NCBI RefSeq assembly: GCF_006345805.1
Contig: NC_043001.1
Location: 91,946,001 to 92,010,000 of the forward strand
From: Octopus sinensis
Taxonomy: Eukaryota
Length of the DNA: 64,000 bases
Reading direction: 5' to 3'
Shown: in pieces, positions 1 to 12,826 of the stretch
Position numbering within the stretch: the first letter of the stretch is position 1
Layout: each line of letters starts with the position of its first letter
Notes under the pieces: model-generated
The model's database searches: none
Told to the model about the DNA's origin: nothing
Seen by the model: the letters and a program-made list of their open reading frames with translations, nothing else
Program-made: the position numbers and the translations under genes

Positions 1-306
1 GTAACTTGTTATTCTCTTTAAGTGAACATTTTTCTGGTTGAAATACACCAAAAAATGACGACACAACAGTAAAAAATTCGTAAAAAATTGGGATTTTCAT
101 AGAAAAAAAAGCACATTTTTGATGTAAATAATTTTTGGTCTTAACATGGTCCGATTTGAATTTTATCTTCTACGGAATGAAGAGCAAGCCTTCTATCATA
201 CTCTCAATTTTGGCCAACTTGCACCGCAGGGTCTCGGAGGAGATAGTGTTAGTTGAAGGCTACCAAACCTGCCACACACAGACAACTTCAGCTTTATATA
301 TATAGA
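1..306 (-). mobile_element. 5' end of a non-autonomous Helitron-like element (runs off the window edge)
   Basis: Minus strand starts A|TCTATATATATAAAGCTGAAGTTG. This is the same type of 5' end as the complete Helitron at 61322-61834 (A|TCTATATATATAAAACTGTAGTTG). Confidence 0.55.
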
Positions 307-559
307 TTTACAATTAGAATAGATTTAGAAAATGTCTTAATAGAACATCTAAAGAATTTAATCTGAGAGACACATTTAATACTAAATACTGGCATATTCG
401 CGTTGCGGAAGCGTTGCACTCCTGAAAATCTTGCATTTTTTTTGGAGTTTCGTAGCAAAACTTATTTTCGTTATGATTTTATTTTGAGTGACTTTTGTGT
501 AAAAACTATAAATATTAGTGGCATTCACTGGCGCATAACCAATTCATGAAGTGTTCTCA

Positions 560-1312
560 TAGAGCAAAACTGGAATAAAGAAAAGAGTAAATTCATCACA
601 TAATGCTTTACAAATTTCATCAAGGTTCTGATGCAAATAAAAATGTTCAAAAAGCTTGTGGTTAGGAGACTGTGAATGAAAGAACTAGTAGAAGGTAGTT
701 TGAAAAAAACTGGATGTAACAATTTTAATTTGTTTGATGACCTTAGATCAGGAAATACTTCGGAAATGAATGACGAAATATATTAGCTTTCTACGGAGGA
801 CATTCATTTGAAGAAACTAGGAAAGGTTTCAAAGTGGGGAAAATAGGTTCCTCATCCTCTTTCACAGCAGTCAACGAAGCTTGACTGCTGTGAATTGCTC
901 TACACGCATAAGTTAAAAACACCATCTTAAAAACTGATGAGATGAGAAATTTTAAGTGCCTCAGACATGCTCTCCACAAATCAAAAACCCGTACTATATC
1001 CATGAGCATGGGGTGGAAAATCTGATTGTTTAGTGGGATATGGAAGGAATTAATATTTTACGGCCAATTCGATAATGACTGAAATCTACTTGACCATTTA
1101 AAAACTGCTTTGGATGGAAAAAGTTCTGCCTAAATAAACCGCGGTGGAGAGGGGTTCTCGCTCATCAGGATTAATGCTCGGTCTTACACCGTACAAGTTA
1201 CAAAACTGTTCTGGAATAATTCGAATGGGAAAACTTCCTTCACTTGTTTAGTCCTTGCTCCTTTAGACTTCCACTTATTTAGGTCTTTGCTAAACCATTT
1301 ATGTGGGAAAAG
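560..1312 (+). pseudogene. Degenerate mariner (DD34D-type) transposase
   Basis: Broken frames give IMLYKFHQG (N-terminus), VSKWGK*VPHPLS (WVPHEL-like), HQD-NARSYT (catalytic D) and LAPLDFHLFRSLLNHL (YSPDLAP-like). There are many stops and frameshifts. Confidence 0.75.
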
Positions 1313-1340
1313 TATGGCAATCAGGGAAGACATAGAAAAC

Positions 1341-1729
1341 GGGTGGCTGTGTGGTAAGTTGCTTGCTTACCAACCACATGGTTCCGGGTTCATTCCCACT
1401 GCGTGGCACCTTGGGCAAGTGTCTTCCACTATAGCCTCAGACCGACCAAAGCTTTGTGAGTGGATTTCGTAGACGAAAACTGGAAGAAGCCCATCGTATA
1501 TATATGTATGTATGTGTGTCTTATGTTTGTGTGTCTGTGTTTGTTCCCCCATCATCGCTTGGCAACCGATGCTGGTGTGTTTACGTCCTCGTAACTTAGT
1601 GGTTCGGCAAAAAACGCCGATGGAATAAGTACTAGGCTTCCAAAGAATAAGTCTTGGGGTCGATTTGCTCGACTAAAGGCGGTGCTCTAGCATGGCCACT
1701 GTTAAATAACTGAAACAAGTAAAAGAGTA
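1341..1729 (+). mobile_element. SINE family B (tRNA head, CORE-like domain, internal microsatellite)
   Basis: A-box-like TGGCTGTGTGG, B-box-like GGTTCATTCCC and GGCACCTTGGGCAAGTG (similar to the MIR/CORE motif GACCTTGGGCAAGT). It has an internal TA/TG tract and ends GAAACAAGTAAAAGAGTA. More than 10 copies or fragments occur in the window. Confidence 0.9.
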
Positions 1730-1732
1730 TCA

Positions 1733-2063
1733 TTTATCTTTTACTTGTTTCAGTCATTGGACTGCGACCCTGCTGGGGAACCACCTTGAGAAATTTTAGC
1801 CGAATGAAACAATCCCAGTACTATTTTTTTAAAGTCTGCTTATTCTATCGATCCATTTGCCGAACTACTTAGTTTCGGGGACATAAACACACCAACGCCG
1901 GTCGTTAAGCGGTAGTGGAGGACGGACACACACGCATATATAAGACTTTGGCTGGCCCGCGGCTACAGCAGAAGACACTTGCCCAAGGTGCCACGCAATG
2001 GGACTGAACCCGGGACCATGTGGTTAGGAAGCAAACTGCTTACCACCCAGCCACGCCTGCACC
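1733..2063 (-). mobile_element. SINE family B, tail-to-tail with the preceding copy
   Basis: Reverse-complement match to the family B head, CORE-like region and tail, with an internal deletion. Confidence 0.85.
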
Positions 2064-2139
2064 TATTGTATCTTATTTCCTAAAAAGCTTGATAGTTGTC
2101 CGGCAATGTGACCACTCAGCTTCGAAGCTTCTCTCGTTC

Positions 2140-2393
2140 TTGTTTCTTATTTCTTTATTGCCCACAAGGGGTTAAACATAGAGGGGACAAACAAGGACAG
2201 ACAAACGGATTAAGTCGATTATATCGACCTCAGTGCTTAACTGGTACTTAATTCATCGACCCCGAAAGGAGAGACAAAGGGATTAAGTCGATTACATCGA
2301 CCCCAGGGCGTAAATGGTACATAATTTATCGACCCCGAAAGGATGAAAGGCAAAGTCGATCTCGGCGGAATTTGAACTCAGAACGTAATGGCA

Positions 2394-2397
<4 letters not shown>
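2140..2397 (-). mobile_element. SINE family A1, headless, with an internal ~70-bp duplication
   Basis: Matches the A1 body (GAGTTCAAATTCCGCCGAG...CCCCTTGTGGG). The segment GGATTAAGTCGATT...CCCCGAAAGGA occurs twice. Confidence 0.85.
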
Positions 2398-2439
<42 letters not shown>

Positions 2440-2443
<4 letters not shown>

Positions 2444-2790
2444 TTAGATAAAAACTTAGAAATGTTTCGACCAAAGATTGGTCCAGGCCATGTCTAACTT
2501 AACAGCACCACCTGATAGGATTATCTAAATCCTATTTAAGTCATGTTTTGTTTATGGTCCATTCAAGTAGTGAGTTTTTGTTGGGTGAGTTGTATCCAAT
2601 TATGGGTGGCTTATCTGGTATCCCTTGAAGGAATCTATCCAGACTCCGTTTAAAGTTGATGGGATCCTTTTCCTCTTTGATCTCTTTCGGGACAATGTTA
2701 AATAGGGCAGGGCCTGCTGAGGAAAAGAAATTATGTTGTAGTGTACATGTATGCTGTGATCTTGAATTGATACCAACATATAAGGAATTA
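2440..2790 (-). mobile_element. CR1-type LINE 3' end (C-terminus of ORF2 plus 3' UTR)
   Basis: The ORF at 2541-2831 includes FSSAGPALFNIVPKEIK..FKRSLDRFLQGIPDKPPIIGY, typical of the CR1-clade ORF2 C-terminus. The end has a short tandem repeat (AAAACTTAGA twice). Confidence 0.7.
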
Positions 2791-3209
2791 TACAGACGTT
2801 TGAGTGGACGCATGAACGTACACTCACACACATCGAATTATCTCATACATAAAAAAAACTCTACGTACACACAAATGCACACAGGTTTACGTGATATAAT
2901 TGTATACAGAAATATATACACATGCTCACATTCGCATACGCATATATAGGCATTCGACGTATTCACATACACGCATGCACACACACACACACACACACAG
3001 GTATTGTACGAGTGTGTGTTCACATGCTCGTACATACGAACACAAATATACAATAGACATACAGAGAGACAGATCGCACTTAACATTGCTTCATTGGCAA
3101 TGAGTGATCACGCGAACTTGACTGTATTTGAAATTTAATCAAACAAACACTGCTTTGTCCGATCTTCGTGGCTTTTTCACACACTTACTCTCCCATCCTC
3201 AAACTTTCT

Positions 3210-3263
3210 TTTCCTTCTCCTTTTCTTTCTTTCTTTCCTTCTTTCTTTCTTTCTTTCTTTCCT

Positions 3264-3311
<48 letters not shown>

Positions 3312-3312
3312 T
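3210..3312. repeat. (CTTT)n microsatellite
   Basis: Direct reading. Confidence 0.95.
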
Positions 3313-3423
3313 CACCCTCGTCTCTTTTATATGAAATCTCTCCCAGATTCTCGCTTTATCAATAGAAACTTTTCTCTATTCCGCTCTGTATTTATTACAC
3401 GCACACACACACACACGCGCACG

Positions 3424-3455
<32 letters not shown>

Positions 3456-3596
3456 CACACTTTATAGATCTCTCCTTCCCTCTATCTTTCAGTATCTGCC
3501 TTCCTCATTTCTCCCCCCCCATTCCCTCGCTTTCTCATTTCAATAATTTTCTCTAATCAAATATCACCCTTTCTCTCTTCTCTCTGTCTCACCCCG

Positions 3597-3636
<40 letters not shown>

Positions 3637-4257
3637 CTGTCTGTCACTCCCCACCATCACTTATTCGCTCCCCTCCCCTTCTCTTTCTCATTCACACGCT
3701 ATTAAAAAACAAAAATAAAAGAGAATCGACGTCCGAACACAAATACATGCATTCGCACGCACACGGATAGAGATATGCATGTAAGCACGTGACATCAAAT
3801 ACACGTTTCTGAGAATGTTTGCTGTTGTTTTTCACATACAATGACTTTTGGTTGCTTTGTGCTAGCAACTCAGTATTATATATGTGTATGTGTGTATATA
3901 TATATGTATATATATATATATATTTATTTATTTATTCATTTATTTATATGTATATGAACTTGATTGATAGAAGCACACACACACACACACACATGCAAAC
4001 GCTCTCTCTCCCCCCTCTCTCTCTGTCTCTCTCTCGCTCTCTTTTTCTCAAACTTATATACACTCACACACACACGATCACACATTTTTTTCAAGGACTT
4101 GTTCAAGACCCGGCTGGGTCAATGGACAACTGGGTGAAGGTGGGTTTGATCCTGATAGACACGAAACACTCCATCTGAGATCCCTAGAAAAAAATATCAC
4201 TGATGATGCAGCCCAGGGCAGCCATGATATGTATCATGCAACAGCAACAACAACAGC

Positions 4258-4309
<52 letters not shown>

Positions 4310-4319
4310 ACACACACAT

Positions 4320-4695
4320 ATCTTTTATCTTTTACTTGCTTTAGCCATTTGACTGCGGCCATGCTGGGGCACCGCTTTGAAGGGTTTCATTCGAACAAAT
4401 CGACCCAGGACTTTTTTTAAAAGCCTAGTACATATTCTAACGGTCTCTATTCCCGAACTGCTAAGTTGCAGGGACGTAAACACACTAACACCGGTTGTCA
4501 AGCGGTAAGAGTGGAAAAACACAGACACAAAGACACAGACACATACACACATACATACAACAGGTTTCTTTCAGTTTCCGTCTACCAAATCCACTCACAA
4601 AGCTTTGGTCAGCCCGAGGCTACAGCAGAAGACACTTGCCCAAGGTGCTACGCAGTGGGACTGAACCCGGAACCATGTGGTTGGGAAGTAAAATT
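4320..4695 (-). mobile_element. SINE family B
   Basis: Tail, internal CA/CATA tract and CORE-like region are present. The head is cut at about 4695. Confidence 0.85.
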
Positions 4696-4811
4696 CTTAT
4701 ATACGAATACACACACACACACATACACACACATATGTGTATACACATATATATACATAAATACATTATTATGTATGTATGCATGTATATATGTATGCAT
4801 ATATATATGTA

Positions 4812-4845
<34 letters not shown>

Positions 4846-5436
4846 CGTGTGTATGTATGTATGCACATATGTGTACATATGTACATCGCGAAAAGTATGT
4901 ATGTATGTATGTGCACACATGTATGTATAGGTTTCAGGTCCTTCGAGACTACTGAATGGAAGTGAAAATATAATCTTTATCAGAGATCTGGGCCCAAATA
5001 TTTGCAACAGAAAGTAATACATTGTTAAAGCCAACCCAGGATCAGTTGGTGGTATGAAACTGGATGACAGATTTATTTTATCACCTAAGAACGGGAACGG
5101 TCGGTCCGGTTGGCTTCCGTACAGTTTCTGTCTACCAAATTTTACTCACAAAGATTTGGTTGCTTCTAGACTATAACAGAAGATACAGAAGTGCCGCTCA
5201 GCGTGATTAAGCCTCGAAACAAAGCACTTGCGACAAAGTCTTCTAAACCACACACTTATGAATGTGCCCATACTATATAGATGGCATATATATATGTATG
5301 AATGCATGTTTGTATGTGCATATATATATATATATATATATGAATTATTAAATAGTACAATACAGTAGTATTGCTTCCCAGTAAAACAAAGCACCAACAG
5401 GTTAAACTATAAATAAGATAGTAGTACCACTATCTT

Positions 5437-5469
<33 letters not shown>

Positions 5470-5916
5470 TATATATATAATATATCCTTAAAGACTCGCT
5501 CGTGTCCGGGGACATCCTGAACTCTAGGAGGGAGATTTTCGAACCATGCCTGTATCGGAGAAAATACCTGCTGGCTTTTTAGAATCCGTATGACGGCACC
5601 ACAGCTGCAAACTAATAGCTAAGGCCGAAGGGAGACAATCCTTTACCTTCGTGGTGCATTGGCGACTGCAAGGTAGCAGTGCGGCCCAACGTGGATGGAA
5701 AAGGGCAAAGGAAATAATTACCTATGGTTTAACCCTAAAAATGAGGCTTTTCCTCCCCTCCATCTTTTAAAGAGGTCCCGGGTCAGCAGCGTTTGGGATC
5801 TGAAGATAGGCCGTAAGGCTAAACCCCTCATGAGTGAGAAAAACAGGGTAACTCCATAAACCGGCCTATCCCAATATAATACACACACATATACATACAT
5901 ATATACGTATACATAC

Positions 5917-5962
<46 letters not shown>

Positions 5963-5969
5963 TAATATA

Positions 5970-6000
<31 letters not shown>

Positions 6001-6002
6001 GT

Positions 6003-6328
6003 GTGGCACTCCATCGTTTACGACGACGAGGGTTCCAGCTGAACCGATCACGGAACAGCCTGCTCGTGAAATTAACATGCAAGTGACTGAGCACTCCACG
6101 TGCAAGTGGATGAGCATGTGTACTCTTAACGTAGTTCTCGGGGAGATTCAGCGTGACACAAAGTGTCACAAGGCTGGCCCTTTGAAATACAGGTACAACA
6201 GAAAGAGGAAGAAAGAGTGAGAGAAAGCTGTGATGAAAGAATACAGCAGGGTTCACTACTACCCATTGTGGAGCCTCGTGGTGCTTTGTGTTATCGCTCA
6301 ATAAACACTCGCAAAGCCCGGTCTGGAT
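6003..6328 (-). mobile_element. SINE family C (tail type 1), 5'-truncated
   Basis: Reverse complement of 18500-18810 (TTTCAAAGGGCCAGC...GAATCTCCCCGAGAACTAC...TTAATTTCACGAGC). Confidence 0.85.
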
Positions 6329-6465
6329 ATATATATATGTATACACACACACACGCACACACACATACGCACACACACACGCACACACACACACACACCA
6401 CACACACACACACGTACGTACGTATGTATGTATGTATGTATGTGTGTATGTATGTATGTATGTGC

Positions 6466-6960
6466 AGGCGAAATGTGGCCCGGCGCTGTCACAACCGGAT
6501 GCCACCATCGATACAGCCATTCGTCAGGCGGTTATTCATCGAACATTCCAGCCAACGTCTATTCAACACCCCCGTCTGAAGGAAGCCTTCACGAAGAAGC
6601 CGGATGAAAGAACCGAAGCAGCCCTCTCGAAGGCAGACTTCACAGACTTGATACGCTTCCGAGGTGGTCATCATCCGGCACTCAGGCGCTGGCAAAAGAT
6701 GGCAGGATGCAGCGACACCGATCAATGCAGACTCTGTGACGAGGAGTTGGAATCTGCAGAACATCTCTCGGTGAGATGTCCGGTCCTGATGGTGAAACGC
6801 TATATCCGCCATCTAGGGGCTACAATGGATGAGATGATTCGTCTCCCTTCCGCGGCTCTAGCGCTTCTGAGAGTTATCTTCAGGCGCTTGAGGTGACCAA
6901 CAGCAACAAACAACAGCAGCAGCAGCAGCAACAGCAACAACAACAACAACAGCAACATCA
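6466..6960 (+). mobile_element. 5'-truncated LINE of the I/R1-like group: C-terminal CCHC knuckle and (CAA/CAG)n tail
   Basis: The open frame to the stop at 6896 contains CRLCDEELESAEHLSVRCP (C-x2-C-x8-H-x4-C) and is followed directly by a simple-repeat tail. The upstream part of the 202-aa ORF is microsatellite. Confidence 0.75.
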
Positions 6961-7598
6961 TTAATAACTAACAACAACATCATCATCAACCTCGGAAACC
7001 ACCTAACTACAACTTGTTCAAATTTGATCCCATCTTGTAAAACTTAAACGTCATTTCCAAGAAAATATACTTTGAAAGCGAAACATGTCAACCGTTTCAA
7101 CGAAACATGAAGCGAGATATACAATCGCATATATAACTAAAACTTATAGTAGAAAAGCCATCAACCATTTTCAGCGTACCTAAATGACCTCTGGAAAGTA
7201 AAAGTTGTTTTCATTTATTATACATCATACGAGCTCTTCCTTGTCTTAAGTAAGGCTTTCCAGTACTTTGCTTAGATCTTTTCTAATCTCTCAGAATCTT
7301 CCTCTGCACAGCTCAGCCTATATATATATATATGTTATGAGAGGTAATGGTGTCAGTGAGATCCAAAGGTGTCAGGTAATGCTGAATAAGTGCTATGGAT
7401 AGACCATAATTAAGTTCTAGGTTCAGTGATTATGCGAACAATAAGGTATTGGAATCTTATATGTATACCATTCTGCCTAAATAATGGATCTACAAAGACA
7501 ATATCCCTGCATATCTCACATCTATTTCCATTCCTCCACCTCACTCTCTATTTCGTATCTTATCTAAATTAACTATTGCTTAACCATCTTCTCACCCC

Positions 7599-7646
7599 GT
7601 CTCCGATGAAGGGATATATTAAATATCCTAGAAACAGCAGTAAGAC
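7599..7646 (+). ncRNA. Minimal type-I hammerhead ribozyme candidate (slightly decayed)
   Basis: Stem I GTCT/AGAC; core CCGATGA (U4C); stem II GGATAT/ATATCC; GAAA; near-palindromic stem III ACAGCAGT; GUA cleavage triplet at 7640-7642. There is one extra A before GAAA. Confidence 0.6.
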
Positions 7647-8529
7647 CTATCTATAAATGTTCTAAAATCTACATAGCCTTGGTTTGTTATCTCATTACGG
7701 AAAAAAATTTTATACATACATATATATATATATTATTCTACATTGCGTATGTTCAACAAAAGACTGCCTCTACTCTATCTCTCTCATCATTTCCATATCA
7801 CACAGTTGCTATGTGTGAACACGTCAACGATCACCTCAACCCAACAAGACGACCAATCGTATATGATCGTCCGCATGTTACCTTCAGAATTTTCAAGGAT
7901 TAGCTTCTATTTTCACTTAAGCTTACAACTATTCTTTCCATAGAGGAGATCTAGCTCAGTTTATGAAAATAATTGAGGGATATTCCAGAATGAGCAACAT
8001 TTCTGACACTGACACAGCAGCGTAATTGAAAGAGGGGCAAGTCGGGGGAAGAAGTCAGCTCCGGATGACATTTTAAAGGGTAGGGTGCAGTTTTGGGGTC
8101 TGCCGTGTAAGCCTGTATAAAAATCCTCAAGGGCTGTTCTAGGCGACATACATTGTAGCTACGTCTCTGCTCTGACATCTACACACCTCTCACCACTACT
8201 ATTACCCTAATGAGATTTACGACTGGAAACAATCATAAACAGTTAACTCTTTTATTACTTCGTGTCGCTTTCCTATTGATTATTTCCCAGTGCGGTTTCT
8301 GCGGAATCAAATTTGCGCGCAGTCCAAGATGGTGATTTCACTTTCAATATTTTTCTCTGCCGCACGGTCCAAAATGTTAAACTCTCTTCTCCGCATCACA
8401 ATGAAATTTACCACTCTTCTAAAACTTTCTTATGGATTATTTCAACGCTTCTCTGACTTTTTTTTTTTAACTATCACTCCTCTTTTTTCAACGCTTACCA
8501 CTATTTTTAATATCCATGCACATAATCCT

Positions 8530-8720
8530 TTCTAATATAGGCAAAAGGCCTTAAAATTTGGAGGCGGAGAGTAGTCGATTACAACAACACCAGTGCTGAA
8601 ATTATATTTATTTCTTCAACCCCGAAAGGATGAAAGGCAAAGCCGATCCCAGTGGTACTGCAATCCAGGACGTAAAGACGAACGAAATGCCGCTAAGCAT
8701 TTTATTCGTTGAGGTAGCGA
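8530..8720 (-). mobile_element. SINE family A2 (A-type head and body, alternative tail), degenerate
   Basis: Shares CCCCGAAAGGATGAAAGGCAAAG with A1, but the tail is AGGCCTTTTGCCTATATTAGAAAGGATTAT. Confidence 0.7.
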
Positions 8721-9140
8721 ATCTGTTAACTTCCATTTTTAATGCAGATACACATGATATCAAACCAGAGTAACTTATTTCCGGCTGCTAGTTTGACGCG
8801 GGGGACCAGTTACCAAAGTACTGCCCGACAATCAGCGAATATTATAACCATAGTGGCATATACTCAGTATCGTTTATTTTATTTGATGTTGTCTTTGCAA
8901 TCGTTATTGTTGCTTTTGTTGTGATTGTAGCAGAGAGCAAGCAGTTTATCATAATATTACATTCATAATATTTTTTACTGAATCGGTGACAAAATACAAC
9001 AGCGTTTATCATATTCACGTTCGAATCTACCGGAACGTATGAAGAATGAATACGTAGTCATCTGTTTGATTATCGCTATTCATTGTGCACATGAAGATGT
9101 ATTATCAGTTGGCAAAATCAACACGCATCTACGGAATAGC

Positions 9141-9185
9141 TTTGGCTGAAGAGACATAACAATGTCGAAACACCGGGTGCTAAAA
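9141..9185 (+). ncRNA. Hammerhead ribozyme candidate (core and stem II intact, cleavage side decayed)
   Basis: CTGAAGA-GACAT-aaca-ATGTC-GAAAC, then the near-palindrome ACACCGGGTG. It lies between ~70-bp direct repeats (about 8985-9060 and 9251-9320). Confidence 0.5.
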
Positions 9186-9317
9186 CGTCACCTTACGCTA
9201 ATGAATCGAATATGTTATAATCACATTTGCCTGAAAGAAGTTATCTACCAGTGACAAAATACAACAGGGATTAACATATTCACGTTCGAATTTGCCGCGA
9301 TGTTTTAAAGAATGGCC

Positions 9318-9455
9318 AGTAAGTTGGGGAGTGGGGTCAAGTCGATTACATCGACCCCACTATTCGACCCCGAAAGGATGAAAGGCAAAGTGAATCTTGG
9401 CAGAATTTGAACTCAGAACTTAACTGAGTGTTAACGATTCTGCCAGCTCGCCTAA
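9318..9455 (-). mobile_element. SINE family A2 fragment
   Basis: Matches the A body and head with internal deletions. Confidence 0.7.
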
Positions 9456-9479
9456 GAATGAATACGTATTTCATCGAAG

Positions 9480-9700
9480 CAGGCAGAACCGTTAGCACGC
9501 CGGGCGAAATGCGTAGCCGTATTTCGTCTGCCGTTACGTTCTGAGTTCAAATTCCGCCGAGGTCGACTTTGCCTTTCATCCTTTCGGGGTCGATAAATTA
9601 AGTACCATTTACGCACTGGGGTCGATGTAATCGACTTAATCCGTTTGTCTGTCCTTGTTTGTCCCCTCTATGTTTAGCCCCTTGTGGGCAATAAAGAAAC
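9480..9700 (+). mobile_element. SINE family A1 monomer
   Basis: GGCAGAACCGTTAGCACGCCGGGCG...GAGTTCAAATTCC...CCCCTTGTGGGCAATAAAGAAAC. Confidence 0.9.
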
Positions 9701-10852
9701 AGATATTTAAATTGGTGCCCAAAACTAAGAAACTGTACAGATGCATCTATCGCAACCTTTTTACGCCCTCTTTGTGCTATCTATGCCAAGAATCCATATA
9801 AAAAATTTCATCGCCCCCGTCGAACTTGTACCGCCTACTTAGAGAAGCAGAATATCATTTGTTAATTATTAAAACACAGACAGACTCTCTACAGTTGCCT
9901 CGGTTCCCATATTTTCCTCTATACTCAAATATAAACCAATAAAAAGAATGATGATTTAGGAATGGCTGTTTGGCGTAAAGCTAAGCGGAAAGTCGGAGGG
10001 CAAAAAGTGGACCGTCAAAGCTAAAAAGGCGAGTATTTATTTGGTCATATTGTCAGTAGCTCGACGCCGTAAAATAAAAAGGAGAAGTGCAAAATTTCGT
10101 CATTGTTTGAGGGGAAATTGTCTATTAAAGTGTATGGGAAGAATGTTAAGTGAGACTTAAGTTTCTGTCTAGTCGTGAGAACTTACTTCAGCATACACTC
10201 ACATTTACATAAGCACGGACACATTGACCTAAGTATACGTGTATGAGCGTATGTATCTACCTACGGATGTATTATGTACGTGTGTGTAGGTGTTGGTATG
10301 CATTAATGTATGTACATATGTATGTAGATGTATATGTGTGTGTAGGTATATATATATATGAATGTATATATACATGTACATATGTATATGAATATCTACC
10401 TACCTACGTACCTGCCTACCTATGTATCTATCTAACTATATACATACGCATGTGAATTATTTATATATGTAGAGATACACACACACATATGCTCACACAT
10501 ACACGCGCACACACACATACACATGTGTGCGTCGGTGTATCTATTAATAAACGTATTGATAACCAACACACACATGCACCCACCCACACACAAGCACCCC
10601 CTCACACATATATACACACTTACACACACTCACTTACACACACACACACTTACACACATACATTCAAACACACAAACAAACACATGCACATACAAATAAA
10701 CGCGTAAACAAATACACAATCATACACAACCGAGGTAAATCTATTCGAAATGGCTACACGAAATATTTTCCAGTTCCAGAGCTATCGCAAAAATCTATCA
10801 CAAAGAAATAAAACGGAATTAAAGAATCATTACTTAATATAATAATATTAAA

Positions 10853-11035
10853 AGGGCGGAGAGCTGGCAGAATCGTTAGCACGTAGGGCGAAATACTTAG
10901 CAGTATTTCGTCCTTTACGTACTGAGTTCAAATTCCACCGAGGTCGACTTCGCCTTTTACCCATTCAGAGTTGATAAAATAAGTACCAGTCGAGCACTGG
11001 GATCGATGGAATCGACGTACCCTCTCATTGAAATT
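10853..11035 (+). mobile_element. SINE family A2
   Basis: A-type head and body with a degenerate A2 tail. Confidence 0.75.
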
Positions 11036-11080
11036 GAATATAATGATACTAAGTATCTATAATAATTATATATAAGCAAA

Positions 11081-11412
11081 GACGGCGAGTTGGCAGAAAC
11101 GTTAGCACGCCGGGCGAAATGCTTAGCAGTATTTCGTCTGCCGCTACGTTCTGAGTTCAAATTCCGCCGAGGTTGACTATGCCTTTCATCCTTTCGGAGT
11201 CGATTAAATAAGTATCAGTTACGCACTGGGGTCGATATAATCGACATAATCCGTTTGTCTGTCCTTGTTTGTCCTCTCTGTGTTTAGCCCCTTGTGGGTA
11301 GTAAAGAAATAGGTATTTCGTCTGCCGTTAGGTTTTGAGTTCAAATTCCGCCGAGTTCAACTTTGCCTTTCATCTTTTCGGGGGTCGATAAATTAAGTAC
11401 CAGTTGAGTACT
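11081..11412 (+). mobile_element. SINE family A1, 1.5-mer
   Basis: A full monomer, then the junction AAAGAAATAG|GTATTTCGTCTGCCG and a partial second body. Confidence 0.9.
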
Positions 11413-11557
11413 AATGTCTACCAAATCTACACACAAGGCTTTGGTCGGCCCGAAGCTATAGTAACAGACACTTGCCCAAGGTGCCACGCCGTGGGAATGA
11501 ACCCGGAACCTTGTGGTTGGTAAGCAAGCTACTTACCACACAGCCACTCCTGCGCCT
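11413..11557 (-). mobile_element. SINE family B head and CORE-like fragment
   Basis: Reverse complement of GGCGCAGGAGTGGCTGTGTGG...GGCACCTTGGGCAAGTG. Confidence 0.85.
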
Positions 11558-11847
11558 ATATATATATAATAGCATGTGAATATTGGATTGAAAATCCCTT
11601 TTGGATAGAAAACGTTGAAGGCTGCTCGTATTCATGTTTACAGAAGTGGGTTGGGGGACCCGATTCCTACAGGCAGCCTTCGACATGTATCCATAAGGGA
11701 TTTTCGACCCAATTTTTACATGTTATTACAGAGCTTTATATGTTTCGAGATCCACTATTCAAAAAAAAAAAAAGTCACTTTCGCTCAAAAATTTATGGTT
11801 GATAGTCAATAAAACACACGCACACATATGTAGATATATACATATAT

Positions 11848-11888
<41 letters not shown>

Positions 11889-11910
11889 ACACACACACAC
11901 ACACACATAA

Positions 11911-11964
<54 letters not shown>

Positions 11965-12594
11965 TGTAAAAAGAGTTAGCGGTTATAATAACCGACTAAG
12001 GGATACAATATCCGTATGTACTATCGGTATCCGGTACCCGTGTTATCCTCGGACATTGGTGTGCAGGCACACTATGCACGTAGAGTGCAGGTAACAACAG
12101 GATAAACAAGAATTTATCAGGAAACAAATACGAATAATGAGAAAATGGGGAAAACCCCAGATTAACAAACACATCGATTCGACCACATTTATAACTTATT
12201 TTTTAAAACAAAGCATGATATAACAAATAGGTGACGTAACAAACGGCCGTTTCCGCATCCGTTGCGAATTTTATTTTATTTATGTTATTTTTTCTTTATT
12301 TTATTGTACTCTATGTCCACCTTCTCCCACCATACATTGTATGTGTTTGCTTGTTTTTGGTACTATGCTCGTTCGGAGATGTATTACCAGGATATATTTG
12401 TAAAAATTTGATGCACTATGTAGAACTGCAAGTGTAGCCCGTTGATTGAAATTGTATGTATGCACCCAATTAGAGTTAATATATTACTAGATTATAACTT
12501 TTGAATTATTAGATTCAATGATCAGAACAATGTAATTTTAGGGTAATGTAATATAAGCACATTTTGTTGATTGTAATAGTATTTTCTGCACCCA

Positions 12595-12826
12595 AGGCAG
12601 CGAGCTGGCAGAAACGTTAGCACGCCGGGCGAAATGCTTGGCGGTATTTCGTCTGACCCTACATTCTGAGTTCAAATTTCGCCGAGGTTGACTTTGCCTT
12701 TCATCCTTTCGGAGCCGATTAAATAAGTACCAGTTACGCACTGGGGTCGATATAATCGTCTTAATCCGTTTGTCTGTCCTTGTTTGTCCCCTCTGTGTGT
12801 AGCCCCTTGTGGGCAGTAAAGAAATA
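12595..12826 (+). mobile_element. SINE family A1 monomer with 17-bp TSD
   Basis: TSD AGTATTTTC(T/G)GCACCCA at 12578-12594 and 12827-12843. Confidence 0.92.

Noticed and set aside
5795-5830. CTGAAGA-TAGGCC-GTAA-GGCT-AAAC hammerhead-like motif in an unclassified 400-bp segment
   Set aside because: It lacks GAAA and has no stem III or stem I pairing.
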